Assembly (NCBI GenBank): GCA_016618085.1
Contig: JABLTG010000028.1
Span: forward strand, 1-64,000
DNA length: 64,000 nucleotides
Source: Neovahlkampfia damariscottae
Taxonomy: Eukaryota
Reading direction: 5' to 3'
A program made the position numbers and the translations under genes. Position 1 is the first letter of the stretch, and each line of letters starts with the position of its first letter. Below the pieces are notes generated by a model, which saw nothing but the letters and a program-made list of their open reading frames with translations, was not told the DNA's origin and ran no database searches. Shown here one piece after another: positions 22,040-34,563 of this stretch.

Positions 22040-24644
22040 TTATTGTTCATAATTTCTTGATCCTTTTTTATTTTCATAAATGGTATTTTCACAATCCATT
22101 AAATTTGAAAAATCTGATTCTGGCTTTTTCTTTTTACCTTTGCTAAGAGGAATTTCAAAATAAATACCAAATCCTTTGTTTCCATAAACTTTGTTGTTAT
22201 AAAGAACACATTGTGCTTTTGGATTCTTTATTGTAATACCATCCCAAATACTGTCTGAAATATGTGAATGTTCAATATTGACTCTTCTTTGTGTTGAAAT
22301 GGAAACGCCATTGTAACCATTTTGCATAATTGATGTACCTCGAATTACAGCTTCAGAATTACCCATAACCATGATACCATCCCAACCATTATTTGCAACA
22401 ATATTATTTTCCAACAAACATGAAGAATCTTCACAAACATTGACTCCATATTGTTTACCATTTTGAATTTTACATCCAGTTAAAGAAAGATGACAATCTG
22501 ATATAACTGAAACACAGTTTGCACCTCTTGCTTCTAAATACAAAATAAAAAAAATAAAATGTTAAATTTACCAATCACACAATTTTCTAAATGTAAGTTT
22601 CCTTTTTTCAATGAAACACCATCGACATCTCCTGTACCTTGTTGTAAAAATTTGATTCCTTTCATAAAAATAGTTCCTCCTGGACAAGAAACCATAAAAC
22701 AAGGTCTGAAAAAACTTAATTTGTTTTTTTGTTTTTTTACCTTTTTGTGGCTATGATGGTGACATCAGGTTCGATAGCTTCAATATGAACAGATTTTTTA
22801 CAAAATATATCTTCATGGTACTCTCCATGGTGAATGAAAATCTTGTCTAAATTTTTAGCATTTGCTAAAGCATCTCCAATTGTACGATAATAACCTTTTG
22901 AAGAAATATTAATGACAACTGGCCTTACCATCTTTCTTTCTAGGATATGAGTCAACATGCAAAATTTTTGCATCAGTTGGAAAAACAAGAGCAGCTTTTC
23001 TTAAAACAACTGACCATTCAATTAAATCTAAAATTTAACAATTAAAAATTGATTCCTTTGTTTTACCTTGTTGTGATTCAACTGCTAAAAACCAGGTTCT
23101 TGATGATTGTAAAATTTTCAAAACAAATTTTTTGTCAACTTCATCTTTTGCTTCTTGAGGTGTCATTGCTCTGATTTGAATTCCACATAATGAAATAGAA
23201 CCTTTAGGATGTGGATCAGAAGGATCAGCATAATAATAAAGATCTGTATTTTTCAAAACACAATAACGCTTCTTCCATGATTTGATACTGTGAAGAAATA
23301 AATTGTTTTTTTTTTTTTTACCTTCCACCTTGTTTAGTCATCCATCCTTCTTTATTCAAATTTTGAATGTTCAATCTACTGATTCCTTTTAATGTTTCAG
23401 TCCATAAATCACATTCTTCTGGTGATTGTGTTTGAAAGAAGAATGCATCTGAAGCTGATTCAATCTTGAATTCATTTTGTTTTCCAACAACTTTTAATAC
23501 AAATCTACCACGTAAATCCATTGATTCTTCAGGTTTATTAGTCTATAGAATGTAAATTAAAAAAAAAAAAAAAACTTTGTCGTTTGCAAATAAAACTAAT
23601 GAAGTTCCGTTAACCATAACAAAGAATTGTTTGTATCCTTTTTTTAAATGAGTGTCAACGTTCAACCATCCTTTTAAACCGTTTTTTTTTGAACCAGATG
23701 AAGTCGCATCTGAAAGAGCTGCTATTTCTTTTAAAACAAATTCCCAAATATTTATGTCATCATCTTCTGATTGAAAGACTATATTTTGATTATTTGTATC
23801 CGTAACTTGAAGTGTTTGAACTCCATTGAATGCTTGATCTAATCTTTGAATGTTGGCACCAGAAAGGTTATATTCTCTTTTATAAACATAATCCTTAGTT
23901 TTAGTTAGTTTTTTAATTTTTTCTTTTTCTTACTTCATCCGAACGAAACATGTAAAGACAGTTTTTGTAAATTGAAAGAAATCTTGGTTTCAGGTTGAAA
24001 TTATCGACTTTTTTAGATTTTTTGACTACCCATCCTGTCATTCTTGCGTCTGTAATTTGATTTGAATTATCTAAAATAACTGAACTATTTAAAATTGGTA
24101 TCCAAGATTCAGCAAGAAATTCACTTTCAGCAGCTAAATAAAATATACGATGTGGTGTAACTACTCGAATTACATTTTTTTCTTTTGCTTCAGAATCACC
24201 TCTTGATGCACATTTTGGTATATTCAAAAGAATGATACCATTGGCTTCTTTTGACTTGTAATAAATTGAATTTTTTTTTTTTTTTTTTTACGTTTTCATC
24301 ATCAAAATAAAACAATAAATTGTCTTGTAAAACAAAAAATCTACCTAAAGAAAATTGAGAACTTTTTTTTTTTTTACGTTTCCATGCTTTTATTTTTCCA
24401 CCTTTTCATTTTTTTATTAATTTTTTTTATTTTTCTACAAACCTTGTTTTGACAGATATCCTGCTTTTTTGCTTGTTTTTAAAATTTCCACAGCAGTGAT
24501 TTTTAAATCTTCTTGGTGAATTTCATTGTCTCTTGGTGATCTTTTTCCTTTTGGTGAATTTAATCCTTTATCCATCAGCTCAGGAAGTGGTGTTACCATC
24601 TTTGCCATTTTGTTTAATACAGATTCTCTTCTCTTTGTGGTCAT
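22040..24644 (-). CDS. Protein with four PH domains and a C-terminal right-handed beta-helix
   Basis: PH starts GYLSKQG, GWVVKK, GWLNVD and EGWMTKQG...WKKRYCVL. YRTIGDAL...IFIHHGEYHE and N.I..N...GI repeats follow. Many tiny introns. Confidence 0.8.
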
Positions 24645-24835
24645 GATGGTAAAAGTTAAGAAAAAAAAAATTATGAACCAATGAAAAATTTACCGAGTTT
24701 ATTTTTTTTGAAAAGATTCAATTGTTTTTCAAAATTTTGGTAAAAAAAAAAGTGAGATTCAATCAGAAACAATTTACCAATCACGAATAACATTAATAAA
24801 TACATTGTCCAATCGAAAGACTACTTGTCAAAAAA

Positions 24836-25749
24836 ATGAAAATCGTTGTTGCATTGCTCATCTTCGCTTGTCTCGTATTCTGTGCTCAAGCTTCTGAACA
24901 AACCCTTGAAGCATCGATGGAAGAACATGCCTTATTCTTCAGAAGAGCCAAAAGATGGTTCAGAAAAGCTAAAAGATATACAAAAAAAGTTGCTAAAAAA
25001 GTAGCTAGAAAAGCTTCAAAAACTTACAAAAAAGTTAAAAGTAAAGTTGTTGACAAAGTTAACTCAGCAAGATTATACATAAAATACATGAACAGATTAA
25101 GAAAAGTTAAAACTGTCAAATTCAATGGAAAGAAGAAACAATGTTTCAGAGTTCACGGAAACTACTGTGGAGGTGGATGGTGCGGTGGAAAATGGTGGGA
25201 TGGTTGTAATGGAAGAAAACTTGACGGCTCAAAAGGATGTTATGTTCAAAGATATCAATGGAATAGACCAAAACCTATTGACGCTGTTGACAGATGTTGC
25301 ATGACCCATGATGACTGTTGTTCAAAATTAGGTGCTGGAGAATCAAAAAGATGCACATGTAACAGAGACATGGCGAGATGTTATCAAAAAGCAATCAAAC
25401 AATGCAAAACAAAAGATTGTAAAGTTGTAGGAAAAATCTTGTAAGTTGAATTTAAAGTTTCTAATTATTTTTGAAAAGAGCAACTATCTCACAACCATTC
25501 AAAATTGTTGGATGTGGAAAGAGTTGTTTTGATCTTGAAATGCCATTCAAAAAAGGTTTTAAAAATGCTTTGAAAGTTGTTAAAAAGAAATTCTCCAAGG
25601 TTAAAAAATCAGTTAAAAAAGTTGGAATTTCTATCAAAAGAAAAAGCAGATCAGTCAAAAGAATTGTCAGCAAAAGAAGATATATTGCTCCTAGAATTGC
25701 ATCAAGCGTCAGAAGAAAATTAAGAAAATTAAGAAAATACAGAATTTAA
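24836..25749 (+). CDS. Secreted phospholipase A2 with highly cationic N- and C-terminal arms
   Basis: Signal peptide, HGNYCG Ca-loop-like motif and catalytic DAVDRCCMTHDDCC. Intron 25441-25478. Confidence 0.85.
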
Positions 25750-25860
25750 ATTATCTTCATTTCATATTTTTTTTGGGTGAATTTAATTGATTTCAACCAC
25801 ATTCCCACCATTTTGTATGTTTCATCAATCTTTTCTTTGATTGGTTGTTAAAAGTTTTTG

Positions 25861-28175
25861 ATGACAAAAAGAAAAGTAAAGACATTGCTGAAGTTTCACA
25901 AAATTGAGTCAAAAGAAGTTCTTCTTGAAAGATTTGGCCATACTCTTTCTTGTGTAAAATTAAACAATGGAAACGTATACTATGTCATTCTTGGAGGAAT
26001 TGAGACACACATTTCGACACAACAAATTGTGGCTTCAGAAAAAAACGAATTAATTAAAGATAGAAAACTAATTACTACTTTATTTTACAATTTAAGTTTG
26101 ATTTCATTTTTTAAAAAAAAAGCGTCACAAAATTGGGTTTATTTAAAAGAAAAAGGTAGAAAACCAAGTTTCAGGTTTTTTCATACTTGTTGTACTTATA
26201 AAAATTCTATATATGTTGTCGGAGGTGTTTCTTTTCGACACTTATTGAATGATTTCTATCAATTTGATTTAGGTTTGAATTTTTACTTTTTTAAAACAAA
26301 CAGAAACCTCGCAATGGATAGAGTTACCTTCATTACCATTCGGTTTATTTGGACATTCTTCAAAAGTTGTTTCAAAAAAATGTGTCATTTTTGGAGGATT
26401 GAAAATTGACAAAGATGGAAAAATTATAACTACCAATGATACTCTGGTTTATAAATTTGAATCTAAACAAATGAAAAATATAACAGAATCAAATCATGAA
26501 TTACCTTCTAGATGCTTTCACAGTTCAACTGTAAACTCAAGTAATACAATCATGTTTGTTTATGGAGGAATGCAATTGGTTAAAGAAAAAGGAAAAGTTG
26601 TAAAAAGAGTAATGAATGATTTATGGATGATGAATATAGTTTCATCACAAAAAAATGATGATATCACTGGAATTTGGTTACCAGTCATTTTTGAAAAAAT
26701 ACCACCTTCCAGATTTGGACATTTTGGTTTCTTTATGTCTGATAAAGTTATATTTATAGGTTCATCAGATGAAGAGAAAACAGTTTTATGTTATGATTTA
26801 TCAGATCCAGTCAATTTGAAAAGAGTCAATCCAAATTCTATCTTTTACAATGATAACCCGGATATATTTGAATCTTTAGAATTTAATGATTTGTCTTTTG
26901 CTGCTATGGATATTAATAAATCACAATTATTGTACACAGGTAAACAACAATCAAAATTTGAGTTTAATTTTTTCGAAGGGGGAGCATCACAATCAAACAC
27001 TTTTTTGTCAAATATTTTCATAGAATTAAAGAAATTTCACTCAGAAACAGCAAAACCTTCATCTGATGCAAAAAGAATTTTAATGTTGGGAAAAAGATCA
27101 AGTGGTAAATCAGCACTAGCTCGGAATATTTTTAATCAATTTGGTCAAACTGAATACTCACAGAAAAAGTTGAACACCTATAAATCTGATTTTTATTATA
27201 CAATTTTAACATTATTTGCCAAATTTTTATCACAAATGGAAATCAAAAATGAAAAAATTCAAAAATGTTTAATTGAATTACAAAAAGTGAAATTACAAAC
27301 ATTTCCAACAAAAATTCTTTCAATTTATAAAGAAAATTATGAATTAATAAATGAATTATGGAAAGATGAAGAAAGTAAAAAGTTCATTTTTAATCGTTTT
27401 TTAGTTCAACAAAAATTTGATCAATTTTCCATTGATTTTCCAAAAGGAACAAAATAGTACGAAAAAAACTTTTTTAATCTTTCTCAGTTTATTTGAAAAA
27501 ATACCTGATTTAGAACCATCAAAAGATATTGTATCAGGAGATTTATTATTAATGAGTGAACAAAAGAAATCATCAATAAATTTCTACAATATTGATTATC
27601 AAGCTCATGATTATGTGTATGAAAAATATCATTTTTAAAAATCTTCAAATAGAATATTTGATACACATGAATTACCTCATGACTCAAGAAAATTACAATG
27701 CATCATTGATAATTTATCTTGTGCAATTTATATGATAGATTCAACCAATTATATTCAAGAAAATTTTTTCGAGAGAGAATTGGAAAAAATTCTAGAATAT
27801 CGTGATCTATTATCAGATATTCCTTTTGTTATTTGTTTCAATATGATTGATTTAATGGATGACTATTTAGAACAATTTCCATTTTTTAATTATTTTGAAA
27901 ATGAAAATGAAGAAGAAATCAACAATTCTAAAAATGAAGTGATTAAAAAAATCATCTCCATGTTCAAAATTTTAACTGCAAATCGTGTTTACATACATGT
28001 CGTTTGCTCATTGGATGACGAAGATGTTAATGACCTTTTTGATTGTATTCATCAAATTTTATCAAGAAGTATTGAGTCATGTAATTGCTCTGATAGAATT
28101 ACAACTCATAACTGGGATGAAGTTTTGAACTATTGTGATATTTCAATTTTCACTTATGATTCAAAGAAAGGATAG
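25861..28175 (+). CDS. Kelch-repeat propeller fused to a degenerate G-alpha-like domain
   Basis: Kelch motifs RFGHT, RFFHT, RCFHS and RFGHF with GG. Then ILMLGKRSSGKS, FVICFNMIDL and VYIHVVCSLDDEDVNDLFDCI. Exons are linked by tiny introns. Confidence 0.8.
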
Positions 28176-28278
28176 TAGGAGAATGAAAAATTCTTATTGA
28201 TTGACATTATTTTTTTTTGGATCTGTTGATTCTAAGAACTTTTCTTCGAGATCATTTTTTAATTCTTGCTTGTATCTT

Positions 28279-28725
28279 TTACTTGGAGGGATATTCTTGC
28301 TAGAGAGATATCTTTTTCTTCCATTGACGAACCCTATTGAAAATTAAAATGTTTAGATGGAACTTACAGTTGTCAATTTGTGATCTCTTTAATCCTGTTT
28401 CATATTCTAATTCCACTTTTTCGGATTCTGTTGGATAAGGATTATCTTCGTGTTCTTCCAGCCATTTCTTGAGAATTCTTCGAATTTCTTTTGGACTCTT
28501 ATCCGTTGGTGGTGGTGTTTCTGGTCTTTCAGGAAGTTGTTTGCTTGTTTCAAAAGTCTCTTGAAGTCCAAATAGTAAAGCGGCATTTAAATTGTTCACT
28601 TCTTCATTAAAATTATGGAGAATTGCGTTGGTTCTCATTTGATATGAAAATCTGTTGAAATTCAACATATCTGAGACATCATTTTCGACAATTTCTTCCA
28701 ACTTGTTGTTTGTATCTTTTTCCAT
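28279..28725 (-). CDS. Small TALE-class homeobox protein
   Basis: LKKWLEEHEDNPYPTESEK...TGL...QIDN|WFVNGRKRY after removing an intron; own CCAAT at ~28744. Confidence 0.85.
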
Positions 28726-28786
28726 TTGAAGATTCAAGTCTATCCAATCAAAAGAAAAAATGTCTGATCACATCAAAATAAGAAAG

Positions 28787-29887
28787 TTAAAGTTCTTTAT
28801 TTAAATTAAGACTTAACGATGAAATATCTGGTAAGCTGTTCAAAAAAGCCTTTTCATGATTTGCTTTGATTTTGGTTGAATTTGGATAGATCTTTTGAAT
28901 TAAAGGTCTCCAAACTCTAACTCTTTTATTAATAAACCAGTTATTAACTTGAGTTCTTGTTAAACCAGATTTGTTTTGTAATTCATTTTTTTGTGAATCG
29001 GTTGGATATGGATGTTTAAAGTTCTGAAGAAACCAATCTCTAAGTACTTTTTTTGCATCATCTGGTAAAGGATTATTTTTACCTTTCATAGTCTTTTCAA
29101 TGAATTGAATGAATTCCCTTTCAAAAAAATTTTTGCATTCTTCCTTTTGTTCCATGATAGTGTGCTGGAATGCTTCAATTTGCTTAATCTTTTCTCCTTC
29201 ATTTGGATAATCATAAAATACTTCTAATAATTGATCAACTGCTGACATGATCACCTTTAATTTTTCATCTGAGAATTCTTTTAATAATTTCAATGATTCA
29301 TTTCTTTTTTCAAGAAAAAACTTCACTCTGACAAAACTAACTTCAGGGTAATCAAGAAGAATCTGATTCACAAATTCAGTTGAATTCATTTCCATGAATT
29401 TCTTATCAATACCATCAATTTTAAATTCTTCTTCTTTATTTGTTAATGAATCATAATATTGTTTCAAATTTGATGGAATTTTGGTTAATAACGCATATTC
29501 TTCATTTGAAATAGTTTGTGAATATGTTTTGATAATTAGCACGAATGACTCTTTTTCAAAGTTCATTTTTTCATTCTTTTTGACTTCTTCTAAATATAGA
29601 CTCTTCCAGTAAACATGGGAATTGTATTTATCTGCGTCTTCTAAACTGTGGTGACGAAGCATTTGAGTTGCATAATAACTTGGTTTTTCATAACTTGGTG
29701 TTGATGAATCCGTTGTACCAAATGTAAAACGATGAGTGTGGTCTTGTTCTTCGTTTTGTTCATCGCCTTTGAATGGGAATTGTGATATTGATTTGAAATT
29801 TGTAGTCTGTTCAAATGAGTCGAAATTGAATTCATTATCATGATCTAATGGGTCAAGATGAGAGGTTCTTTGGGTCATGCTGTTCAT
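28787..29887 (-). CDS. TALE-class (BELL/KNOX-like) homeobox transcription factor
   Basis: LRDWFLQNFKHPYPTDSQK...GLTRTQVNNWFINKRVRVWR. Confidence 0.92.
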   Translation of the reverse strand: MNSMTQRTSHLDPLDHDNEFNFDSFEQTTNFKSISQFPFKGDEQNEEQDHTHRFTFGTTDSSTPSYEKPSYYATQMLRHHSLEDADKYNSHVYWKSLYLEEVKKNEKMNFEKESFVLIIKTYSQTISNEEYALLTKIPSNLKQYYDSLTNKEEEFKIDGIDKKFMEMNSTEFVNQILLDYPEVSFVRVKFFLEKRNESLKLLKEFSDEKLKVIMSAVDQLLEVFYDYPNEGEKIKQIEAFQHTIMEQKEECKNFFEREFIQFIEKTMKGKNNPLPDDAKKVLRDWFLQNFKHPYPTDSQKNELQNKSGLTRTQVNNWFINKRVRVWRPLIQKIYPNSTKIKANHEKAFLNSLPDISSLSLNLNKEL

Positions 29888-30312
29888 TTCTAATCAGTTT
29901 AGTTTTTTTAGAACGCTTACTAAATTAGTTTTGAATTTAGTTCAAATGAAAAATTGACGAATGAGAATAATTCTAAATTTTTAAATGATTGGACAATTCA
30001 GTACATGATTTGGATTGGATACGATGCAAAATATTTTAAAATCCATAAATTGAAGATATTTGGTGAAACCACAAGTCTCTTTTTTCACATTTTTTTATGA
30101 AACCATCTCCAATGGACGTGGACCAGCATTTGAAACTGTTTCTGGAGTTGAATCAAATGAAAATCAAGATGTTTCAACGTGTAACTCCTTCACTTGTTGT
30201 CCAGCAAAAAAATAGTTGGCCAATGAAACCGAGAAAATTTGGCAAAAAAAAAAAAATTTCTCTCAACAAAAAATTTTTTCTTCAAAAAAATAATATATAT
30301 TTATTTCATGAT

Positions 30313-30617
30313 TTATTGCCACCAATGTAACAATTTTTCTCTGAATTCTTCAAAAGAAATTTTTTCACCATCACCAAGTTGGTCTAATAATTCTAAAGCT
30401 AATTTTTCTATATCAAGACCTGGAATTGGTTTATCATCTGGATCATAAAGTTCTTTCAAAATTTCAATTAAATTATTCTTGTTAATGTATCCCAAGTCTT
30501 TTGGATCACAAATTTTGAAAGCCTAAAAAAAATAAATAAAAATAAATGTACTGTTGTAATTTGATCCTTTTGGTCCAGTCCTAAATCATCCCAAGTTGGT
30601 TTATCCTCTTCAGTCAT
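30313..30617 (-). CDS. Small EF-hand protein
   Basis: Spliced MTEEDKP...QITT|AFKICDPKDLGYINKNNL...GDGEKISFEEF. Confidence 0.75.
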
Positions 30618-30767
30618 TTTGTTTTTTTTGCTACAGATTCTGATTGGATAATTTATTCATTGAGAAAAATATAAAGACAGTGAAGTTTAGCTTTAAGAAT
30701 TAAAAGAAACTAATTCCGATTCAGGGTGGAGAATATTCAACCAATCATTTCATTTGAATTTTTTTTT

Positions 30768-31332
30768 ATGCTCCAACAAATTGAATCGTTTCTGAAGGAA
30801 ACTGGCTTGATCAGTTGCTACTGTCCATTAGAAGCCTCAAATGAAGTAAAACAATACCGAAAACAATTTGATACAATGAATTATTACGAAAACTCAAAAA
30901 CCTTTTCAAAAGAAGAACTTTCTGCTTTAAAAGTTCCTCTGTCCACTTTAGAAGAGGTAGTAAAACACAAAATAGATTCTTCGTTTATGAAAACTGACAA
31001 TGAAAGCTACTTATTTGATAAAATAGTCAAAATCGTTCCAGAACCAAATGAAAAGTAAACAAAACTTGTATTAACTTTTTAGTGAACCAAAAAGAGTCAG
31101 AGCTGATGTAAATTTGATAGTAGACTCAGATTCATCTCATAAAAATGTAATATATGAAGTCTATTTTATAAAACCAATTGAAGAGAATTGGATTTGTTTC
31201 TTTGGAGATGTCATCAAAAAATAAATAACTATGGGAAATATTTTATTTTTTAGTCATGTTTTATTAAATCAACTGATGAAAGTTCAAAATTCTCTATAGA
31301 ATTCACCAAAGAAAAAAATCGAAAAATTTTGA
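30768..31332 (+). CDS. Hypothetical protein, spliced; 3' end uncertain
   Basis: ATG after CCAAT at 30741; the frame continues across a GT-AG intron at ~31056. Confidence 0.5.
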
Positions 31333-31370
31333 AACTCTTTTGTCATCAATTCTGATGACACCAAAAGCTT

Positions 31371-32357
31371 TTATGTGTTTTCTAATTCTTTTAATCTTTG
31401 TGCAAATCCATAATTAGGTTTGACTATTGGTCTCTTTGAATGTACAATGGTAAATGATTGATCAAATGAAATTTTTTGTTTCTTCATTAAATAATAACAA
31501 ACAACAGATGAAGATCTGCTAATACCTTGCCAACAATGAACTAACACATTATTTTTCTCTAATGACTCATTAATGAAATCGAAACAATTTTCAAATTCCA
31601 AATCATCAATTCCATTATCATCAACTTTTATTAACTTTGAATCAAAATTATTTTGAATTTGGTTTAGTATATTTTCGGGTATATCCCCACATACCGATAA
31701 GATATGCTCAATTTTCAATTTTTTCATTAAATTTGTGTTTGATGCCGAGTCAATGGAACCCAAGAATAAACCAGGAATGATTTCATCTGGAAGGTCAGAA
31801 TCTAAATAAATTTTTTCAGTTCGAAGTTCAATAGGAATTTTATGTAAATCATCATTTTTGAATACATTTAATTCTCTCAAATTATTTTTCAAATGAATGA
31901 TTTCATCAATTGAAGTTAATTGATTATTTGATGCATCAAAACTCTTCAATTTTATTAAATTTTTGATCTTTTCAGGTATTCTATTAATACAATTATTCGC
32001 CAAGTTTAACATGGTCAATGTTTCTAAATGAACTATTTCATCGAATGAAGACAATTTGTTGTTTGATAAATCCAAAGTTGTTAATGAAGGCAATTTAAGA
32101 TTTTTGAAAAAATACAACTTTTCTATTTTGTTTTGTGATAAATTTAATACAGTTAAACTCGAGAAGTCTGTCAGTTTAAATTTTAAAAATGCTCCAGATT
32201 TTAATTTGTTCCTTGACAAGTTAACAATTTCCAAATTTTTTGTTTCTCTTTTCAAAAGTGGTAAACTGATAAGTTGTTTATTTTTATAATTCAGTTCGTT
32301 TTCATTTTTTGTTTTCCAAGGTTCTTGTTGTTTTGGTGTATGTGTCAAACCCATCAA
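31371..32357 (-). CDS. LRR plus dual-specificity phosphatase
   Basis: LxxLxLxxN repeats, IIPGLFLGS, VHCWQGISRS and PNYGF. Confidence 0.92.
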   Translation of the reverse strand: MMGLTHTPKQQEPWKTKNENELNYKNKQLISLPLLKRETKNLEIVNLSRNKLKSGAFLKFKLTDFSSLTVLNLSQNKIEKLYFFKNLKLPSLTTLDLSNNKLSSFDEIVHLETLTMLNLANNCINRIPEKIKNLIKLKSFDASNNQLTSIDEIIHLKNNLRELNVFKNDDLHKIPIELRTEKIYLDSDLPDEIIPGLFLGSIDSASNTNLMKKLKIEHILSVCGDIPENILNQIQNNFDSKLIKVDDNGIDDLEFENCFDFINESLEKNNVLVHCWQGISRSSSVVCYYLMKKQKISFDQSFTIVHSKRPIVKPNYGFAQRLKELENT

Positions 32358-32414
32358 CAAAAAAATTCTGATTGGAGAAATTCATCAAATCTGAATGTTT
32401 ATTTGAATATTAAT

Positions 32415-33144
32415 TTATAATAAATCTGCAATGATAGTTTTCAAAGGAGCTTGTTCAGTTTTTTCAACTAAGTCAAATTCATTGACGAATAACATAAAAT
32501 GTTTAAAAGCGGTGTTTAAGTGTTCATCAATTCCAAGTTCAACAATTTCAACAAAATGTGAATAGTACAAATGAGCATAAACTCTGAACATTCTATTGAA
32601 AATTTTTTTCACCACATTTTTGAAATTTTTTGAAAATTTAGAAACGTCAGTTGGAAAAACTTCTGGATCATTTAATAATTGTTCAATCCAATCCATTAAA
32701 CATGCAACATACTTGGAAATTTGTTAAAAAAATAAACTTGGGTTTACTTCTGGAGCTGTAACTTGAGCAGCTTTTTTATATTTTATAGATTCTGGGTCTT
32801 TCCAAAGATAAATATATTTATCACCAGCACTCATTGCAGGACATGATTGTTCAGAACAAAATTCAGAAATACATCCATATAACAAATTTGTTGTTCCATA
32901 AAATTCAACAGCTTGTTTTTTTTTTTAATTTTTTTTTTTTTTTTACTATTCACAGCTAACCATTCATTTAAAGATTCTCCAGGTGGAAGTTTTACAGCCA
33001 AGGATAAATCTCCAGCGTCTAATGTGTCATAAGTTACTTTGATGTTTGTATTTCCTGTGAATTTTTTTTGTTTAAATGTTTTATTTCCACCACTATTTGA
33101 AAAAACTGTCAGTTGAAAAATTATTTTTACAGAAGTCCCAACAT
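32415..33144 (-). CDS. MOB1: MOB kinase activator
   Basis: VKLPPGESLNEWLAVN, CPAMSAG, RMFRVYAHLYYSHF and HLNTAFKHF. Confidence 0.93.
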
Positions 33145-33230
33145 GTTTTACAAATGAAAAAATTTGGACAATAATAATTGGTCAACCGTTTTGATTGGTT
33201 AAATACACCTCTAAAGAAACAACAACAAAA

Positions 33231-34411
33231 GTGATATCTGATAAAGAAGTAGTTTATTTTGATACTGACTGGAAGAAATTGGTTGAATCTGGAAAGTCGG
33301 ATGAGAAACCTCAAAAATTCAATTTCTTTTGTGTTTTAGATTTTGAAGCAACTTGTGACACAGAAAGAAAACTTGTTCCAGAAATTATTGAATTTCCAAC
33401 TGTATTAATTGATGCCAAGTCATTGGAAACGAAAACTATTTTCCATGAATACGTCAAACCATTCAACAATCCTCAACTCACAGATTTTTGCTCTGAACTC
33501 ACAGGAATACAACAAAAATGGGTTGATTCTAGCAAAACTTTGGATAAAGTCTTGGAAAATTTTGATGAATGGGCAAAAAAAGAGAAATTATTGGAAAAAG
33601 ATGTGAAATTTATATTCGTTACTTGTGGAGATTGGGATTTGAATGTAATGCTTCCTAAACAAACAAAATTAGAAAAATTAAAAGTACCAAGTTATTTTTC
33701 ATCTTGGATTAATATCAAACATGCATTTCGTGATTACTATAAAATCCCAAAATCCTTAGGAATGGCAGGAATGTTGGAATTGGCTGGAATCCCATTGGAC
33801 GGTCACCACCACTCTGGAATTGATGATTCAAAAAATATAGCGAAAATTTTAGTTAGATTGATTCAAGATGGGGCTGTTTTGGACATTACAAATTCATTAA
33901 AACCTCAAAAAAAAACACAATCAGAAAAATTTATCGAGGATCTAAATTGGAATATCTTAAAAAATGGAATTAAAATAACTATTTCACCAAGACCTTATGG
34001 AGAAATCATTAAAGTCATGAAGGATTTAGGATGCAACAGAATTAGTAATTTTCCATTTTTCTCATTTTTTTTCTTTTTTTAGTTTCTGTGATGAGTGGAG
34101 ACATGAAAGAAAATCCAGAAAAAATTGGAAAGATTGCAAATGATTTAAACTTGAAATGGAACCATATAAAGATGAAAAATAAATCATTGCAACTTGAAAA
34201 GTTTATGGAAAAGGAGATAAGAAATTTATTGGAAGATATGGAGAAAAATGAAGTCGTAGTTATTCATTGCCAAAATGGAATTGAAAAATCAGGCATCTTT
34301 CTTTATCATTTACTTTTGGGAATGGAAATGGATTCCACTGAATGTTTAGAAATCATAAAGTGTTGCAGTAATTCCTCATATCAATATTTACAACAATTAT
34401 TGACAAAATAA
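33231..34411 (+). CDS. ERI1-family DEDDh 3'-5' exonuclease fused to a PTP/DSP-like domain; start codon unclear
   Basis: VLDFEATC, EIIEFP, TCGDWDL and HHHSGIDDSKNI, then VVIHCQNGIEKSG after an intron at ~34046. Confidence 0.88.
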
Positions 34412-34563
34412 GAGTGCACCATTGTTTGATGAATAAAAAAATACCATTGAAAGCTTGGTTCTTAAAAATATCAATACTTTTATTCCAACATAATTTCCGA
34501 TAAAATTTTAATTGCCATAAATCATTTGACTGTGGTAGAAGTTTGACCAATCACATACAGATC

